Assembly (NCBI RefSeq): GCF_009914755.1
Contig: NC_060941.1
Length of the DNA: 64,000 nt
Direction: 5' to 3' (one strand)
Source: the human T2T-CHM13v2.0 reference genome, Homo sapiens
How positions within the stretch are numbered: the stretch's first letter is position 1; every line of letters starts with the position of its first letter. Below, piece after piece: positions 58,273-64,000 of this stretch. A program made the position numbers and the translations under genes. The notes under the pieces are model-generated. The model was not told where the DNA came from. It ran no database searches and saw only the letters and a list, made by a program, of their open reading frames with translations.

Positions 58273-60928
58273 TCAAAGAACAGAATAACTTTGAATGCAC
58301 AGTTTGTATTTGTCTTGCTATCAAAAGGCACGTTAAGTTCAACTTATCAAAGGTAATGCAGTTAGCAACCATTTTTCCCCTAAATTTCAGGTATCCAGAT
58401 TTATTATTTAGAATTATACTTTCTCCTTGGGCTAAGGAAACAGTTGGCCACACTTTTCTACTCTGTATTCTTCATTCCTATTCCAATGTGACTGCTGATT
58501 TCTGACTTTTAAAACCTAAAAGATTTCTTCCTAAACTTATCAGGAAAAGTAAAATGACTCCAGTACCACTTGCCACTGCTATTTTAGAGACAGTGAAATT
58601 CTCTGAGGTCTGTCATTCCTGATTTTATTGCTTTATAAAAGCCTGCTATAGAATGTTTTTTAAAAATACAATGATTTAAAAGTCTCCATGCCAGGGCAGC
58701 ACTGGCAAATGAGGAGGCAGGAGGTCTTCATGTAGGAGATGCTTCGGGGACAGTGTGGCTTGTGGCAGCCTCAGGACTCTGGGCATCTGTCCACTCAGTA
58801 CAAACCAAACTGCAGCTCCAACTAATTTTGATTTGGAAATTGCCCCCTTAAAAGAAAAAAGTACTAAAAATGTTTGACATTTACCAGATTTCTGCAGCAG
58901 TCTGCAGTTTCTCTTGCAAGTATATTCACAGACAGTGAAAGGAAGTATTTGGCAATTGCTAACTCATGTTTTTATATAGTGTAGAAGTCCAAAGATGGTA
59001 ATAATGTCATATTATAGTGATGGGGATCTATAGTGTAAAGTATAATGACCATAAAAGAGTTCTCATTTTTATAGTTTTTAAACATGATTTCAGCATCCAG
59101 AGGCAAACTCCTATGTAAGGATAATGGTCGTGCATGGCCACAGAGATTTTTTTTCTTTAATTCTCAATTGCTTTTCACGCTTAACTTTTTCTAATAAGTA
59201 CTATCTCCCAAGATTCCAGAAGATGGTACAAATGAGAAAATAAGGTTTATCTTTTCTCTAAGAAAGACTAAACTGTGACTTTTTTTTTCCTTTCTGGCTA
59301 ATTAGGACAACAAAAGTAAACATCCAATTATGCAGTGATGAATCGAGTCATCTGGCTGGAGCTGGATTCTTTAGTGTGTTAAGTTACAGTAAATATTGAA
59401 AAGAAGGACTTTATGCAGTAGGACTGTTTTCAAGAAAAAGAAGACCAGTCTCAGCCAAATTCAAATATCTTGTAGAGAATAAATGCCTCTTGGGTTTATG
59501 GATTTATGCCATATGTGTGAGAAGAGAAAATACGGTCAAGAATTGTTGTATTTCTTGACTCTTTGAAAGGCAAGAACACTGGCTTGGGAAATAGGGACAC
59601 CTGGTTTCTAGTGTTAGATAAATCTTCAGAATACAGAATGCTCTTTGAAATAACAAAATACTTGAGTGAAGGAAAGAATTGAGGAATGAACTTAAATTTA
59701 GCTCTGAAAGAATTCTTTCTTCAGTCTGTGGTTCCCTTAGCTACTATTCAATCTCTCATTTCCATCTTAGCCATATTTTAGCTTCCACCCTGTATGACAG
59801 AGACAGGGGTCTTTCTCTTGGTTTGGAGCACACATCCCTCAACATGTCCAGTAGGGAGCTCCTGGGCGACGGGTCCTGCAGGTGGATGTGGACCAGGAGC
59901 CCCGTGGGAGGAACGTGCCCCTGGGGAGAGCTGGTGGATACCCCGAATGGCAGGCCACCTGGGGCAAAGCCAGTGGAACCTGACTATGGCAGGATGAGAA
60001 CACCAGTGTTTTATAATGCCCACTTTTTTTTCACTTCTTGCAGTTTCTATGTTTATTTCCTGTTAGCATTTAGTAGTATCTTTATGAGTTTATCTCAGTT
60101 ATGCTAGGAAGAAAGGAGCTCTTGTCAGTTGGCAGGACCGAAAGGAGAGAATAGGCAGGGGGAAGAGGGGACAGTAATCGAAGTAGGAGCACCTTGAGCG
60201 AAGTGAAATGTGGGATGGAAATGGAAGCTCCTGTTTGTGATCTCCCAGAGAGGCTCAGTCCAGCGCCAGGTGCCGTGTGCTTGTGGAATAAAGAGACCGA
60301 ATTCCTTCTGTACTGGGGGTTCATGCTGAACCCCACCTTTGTTGAAGGGGAGGAACCAGCTGCCCAAGGCAAACTAGAAGCATGCTTGCAGGAGGGAAGG
60401 TTAAGACACACAGTTTATGTGCATAGCAGTGAAAACCATAGTGTCTGTTCTGAAGTTTGGGAAAATAGTGTAAGACTGTCTAGCTGGGTCTGTCATTGGC
60501 TGATGTGTAGTATGTGTGGGTCGCTCACTAAAAAAAAAAAAAAAAAGAAGCCAGGCCCCAAAGGAAGAGGGCATTATTCATAATGAAACCTACTATGAAT
60601 CCAGTGGGGTCTTGATTTCTGCTTCTTCCTGGGCTGTGCCACCAGGACTTCCTTGATAGACCTTTGGTGTCATCATGAATTCTGTTACTGATCCCGGAAT
60701 AAAGATTTGGTGCCCTCCGGTTTCCAACAGTATCCAGAGATGGCCAGGGAGGATTTGGATGGGAAGGATTAAAGTTTGTATACAGGAGAGAAGACAGTAC
60801 TCTCTGAAGTGTGTGTGGCCTGAGTCACCTGGTAGAGGTGGGCTTGGGTCAGGTTCTGGTCACGCTGTCATTCTGGCTGCAGAAGAAGAAGCAAGATGAG
60901 TCAATCAGTGTAGGATTTCAGAGTGTGG

Positions 60929-61290
60929 GGCACTGACTTCCCAAATTTGGCTGCACATCTGAATCACCTGGGATACTTTCCAAAATGCATTCCCCCAGTT
61001 CCTCCCCGAAATTCAGGCAGGTCATTCTTAGGTAAAACTGGGAGTTAAAAAGCACAAACTTTGGAGTCAAATAGCACTTGGGTTGAATCTCAGCATCAAC
61101 ATCTTTTATTGGTTGTATGACCTTGAGCAGGGCATTTAACCTCTCCAGACCACAGTTTGTCTGTGGGCAGAAGACAAACAATCCTACTTATTTATAGAGT
61201 TTTGGGATGAATTAGATGAAATAATGCATTTAAAATGCCTAGCTCTTTGCCCAGCATATAGTAATCATTCAGTAAATATTAGCTTATGTT
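60929..61290 (+). mobile_element. MER5B fragment (60929-61015) and MIR (61040-61290)
   Basis: ttggctgcacatctgaatcacctggg; ctttggagtcaa..tgaccttgagcagggcatttaacctctc..gaaataatgcat. Confidence 0.72.
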
Positions 61291-61689
61291 TAACCAAAAT
61301 GTGTATGTCAGATCCCTGCTTAGTACTGTGGGAACATGCAAAAGAATTAGAAAAATCATGCTCCCTTCCCTGAATATGGCTGAGAAAAAGCGAATGCACC
61401 TGACTATTTGGTGAGTTCCGGCAGGAGGAGGGGACATTGTAATGAAGCTCAGATTGCCGGAAGATGCTGGAAGGATGCACTTTGGACCTAAGGCAGGTCC
61501 AGGGTGGTGCCTGGTGAACATGAAGAAGGCAGCAACTTTCAGAGCGAGCGTCAGAGGGGCTTGTAATGAACAGAATTGCCTTCTGATGATGTCAACATAT
61601 CTAATACAAGACTCTGACTAATTACTATTTATAGTTGCTTATATTCAAAAGCTTGTTTATGCTGCAAGTAAGGCTGAAAACTGTCAGCA

Positions 61690-61885
61690 GGGTGTAGTGG
61701 AAAGAGCTCAGAGCTGAGTCTGAACTCCTCAATTTTTATCCCATCTGTGCTGCTGACTAGCTGGGTGACATCAGACAAGCCTCGCAACTCCCAGGCCTCA
61801 GCCTCTGCAACATATACAGGGTGTGTGTGAGTGGGAGGAGATGGGGGATTAGACAACTGCTAGGGTCTTCTGGCTCCAACATTCA
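61690..61885 (+). mobile_element. MIR SINE
   Basis: ggtgtagtggaaagagc..gactagctgggtgac..gcctcag..ttagacaactgctagggtc. Confidence 0.6.
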
Positions 61886-62634
61886 ACAAAAACATTTACT
61901 GCACTTCTTTCCCAAAACTTACTGTGTGCCTTGATTTTCAATTCCTGATACTCTGTAAAGGGCATTGTTCAGTGGAAGACTGTGTGTTTTGCTAATTTGT
62001 TGCTTGCGATTCAGATTCCTTTAAAGTTAGCAAAGAGCATTTTTGTTCCATTGGAACAATATAGGAAGTATCCTTCATTATGCTTTCATTTGTTTTTGAG
62101 TCACAAGAAACTGTTACTGTTGTTTTGGGAGACTGATGTGGGAATGTCTTAGCACATCATTTCTCTACTCTAATTTTAAATACGGGTAGTCCCTGACTTA
62201 TAAACAGTTGACTTGAGATGACCCATATGTACAGTTAGTACTATCTCAGATGTGAGAATTCAGTTCTCATCTCCTACTGCAGAACTCTTCTGTAATTTTT
62301 CAATCAGAACACCTAGGAGATGTCTATTCTTCTCATTTCACAGATCTTCACTGCTTGCCTTTTATGGGCCAGGTTCTCTTCTGTGCCCTGGGTATCCAGC
62401 AGTGAACTAAGCAGACAAATCTCTGTGCTCACAGAGCTTAGGTTACAGTGCCATTGGCCTGGAAGGTACGCTTGCCTATTGCCCCAGGTGAGGAGGAGTC
62501 TGTGACAGGTATCTGGGTCTGTCTTCCTCTATCCAAGATCACTTCCCCCACCTCTTCCCTGCAAGGAGACTAAATCATAAAACCACAATGCCTTTTTATG
62601 TAGAAACAATAGAATATGTGACTGCTAGGTATAT

Positions 62635-62990
62635 GTAGTATATTGCAAAGAATAGCCACAGATCCTCCCATCCTGGTTACATGTTCTCTTATAACGTGTC
62701 TTTGCCATGCTTTCAGTCAGATGTCTATTTCTCTACTCCTGTGAGTCAAGTGGCTTTGTGACTTCCTTTGACCAGCAGAATGCAGTGCAGTTGACATCAT
62801 GGGAGTTCTGAGCTGAGGTATTAAGAGACCTCACATATCCCACTCCTGCTTCTTCACTCAGAACTTCTGCAGCCACAGAAGTTCTGATTACCCTCCTGGA
62901 GGATGAGAGACCACGTGGAGCAGAAATGAGTGTAAAACAAACCAGCACCATTGAGTTAGGCCATCAGGCACCTGCAGCTGCATGAGCTTT
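62635..62990 (+). mobile_element. MLT1G/H-like MaLR LTR
   Basis: tgtagtatattgcaaagaatagccaca..ttgtgacttcctttgaccagcagaatg..ggaggatgagagaccacgtggagcag. Confidence 0.72.
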
Positions 62991-64000
62991 CACCAGCTTA
63001 AAGTCTCAAGATGCTCACCATCAGCATCATATTTTTTTGTTACTAATAATTGAAAGATGTAAATATTTATGAACTTAATATAGATATTAATATATTTCCT
63101 ATTTGTCATGAATGAAATAGGCCCTGGAAGGTTGGCATTGGAAAATGCCTTTCACATTTTGGACCATCCACTTAGAGACACATTTTTGGAAAAGAACCAC
63201 TTGAAATCTGGTGCCCAGCTGTACACGTGTTTTGTGGAGAGAGACAGATTAGCACTGGCACGTGTGAGACAGTGGTTAGTGAAGGGTGGAAGATCGCCAG
63301 GGCTCATGGACCTGCTTCAGATGGATGTAAATAGTTGGAGTGTACTGGAAAGGTATGGGACTAACATGACCCTGACCAGAGTTTGGACAAGTGTGGTTTC
63401 ATTCTGGGGGACTGACACTTATTTCTTTCCTAGAAGTGTTGATGAAAGTCATGACTCAGTAATATCAGAAGTGTGGGACCAAAGTGGAAAATAAACTCCT
63501 GACTTCATGAATTAAACAGAAACATGTCAGGGCCACTCCATACTCTTCTTCCTGTCTTCCAAAAGTCTCTTTTTTTTTCAATTCAGAAGAAGGTCTGGGA
63601 ACATTCTGTGCACATAATTATTTTATAAACAATATTTTATTTAATGCCCTTGCTAATAATACTTCCTATAAATAAACAATAAGAGTCGTCATGGTTCCAG
63701 ATTGCCTTTATGATAATGATATACCATATGTTTAAAGAAATGGTCTAAAAGACATACTGCTGTGATTGAAACATTTTTGGAAATTGTGTATGCTAACTGT
63801 ATATTGCTCTACAGAAATCTGTTTTGATCAGTGGATAAAAGCAGCTACACATAACTATGAGGAAATCTTGAGAACATTTATTAGTAATTAAATATATAGC
63901 TGAAATATGTGCCTATATGTATATCCGAAAATTATTATAGGAGATGGTTTTCAGTGAAGATGATTGGGTGGCTTTGAAATAAATAAGTGGTTTGGTTTAT

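Overview
Primate (human-like) non-coding genomic DNA with about 34 Alu copies or fragments, L1, L2 and MIR fragments, MaLR/ERV solo LTRs (THE1B, MST, MLT1, MLT2, MER4A) and DNA-transposon MITEs (MER44A, MER5, MER107-like). I found no credible protein-coding exon, RNA gene, CpG island or processed pseudogene; the ORF track is mostly Alu/L1/LTR-derived or chance. L1s, LTRs and Alus lie mostly on the minus strand, which suggests a long intron of a plus-strand gene; I cannot name the gene. The most unusual directly visible features are local sequence-copying scars: a 48-bp-arm hairpin inside an L1MA 3' end (24568-24714), a 140-bp inverted duplication spanning an L2/MST junction with a junctional tandem repeat (36691-37741), a 72-bp dispersed direct duplication ending in a hairpin (38503/41401), and short perfected palindromes inside old repeats. 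I found no evidence for a new gene system. Repeat subfamily calls are from remembered consensus motifs, and boundaries are approximate.
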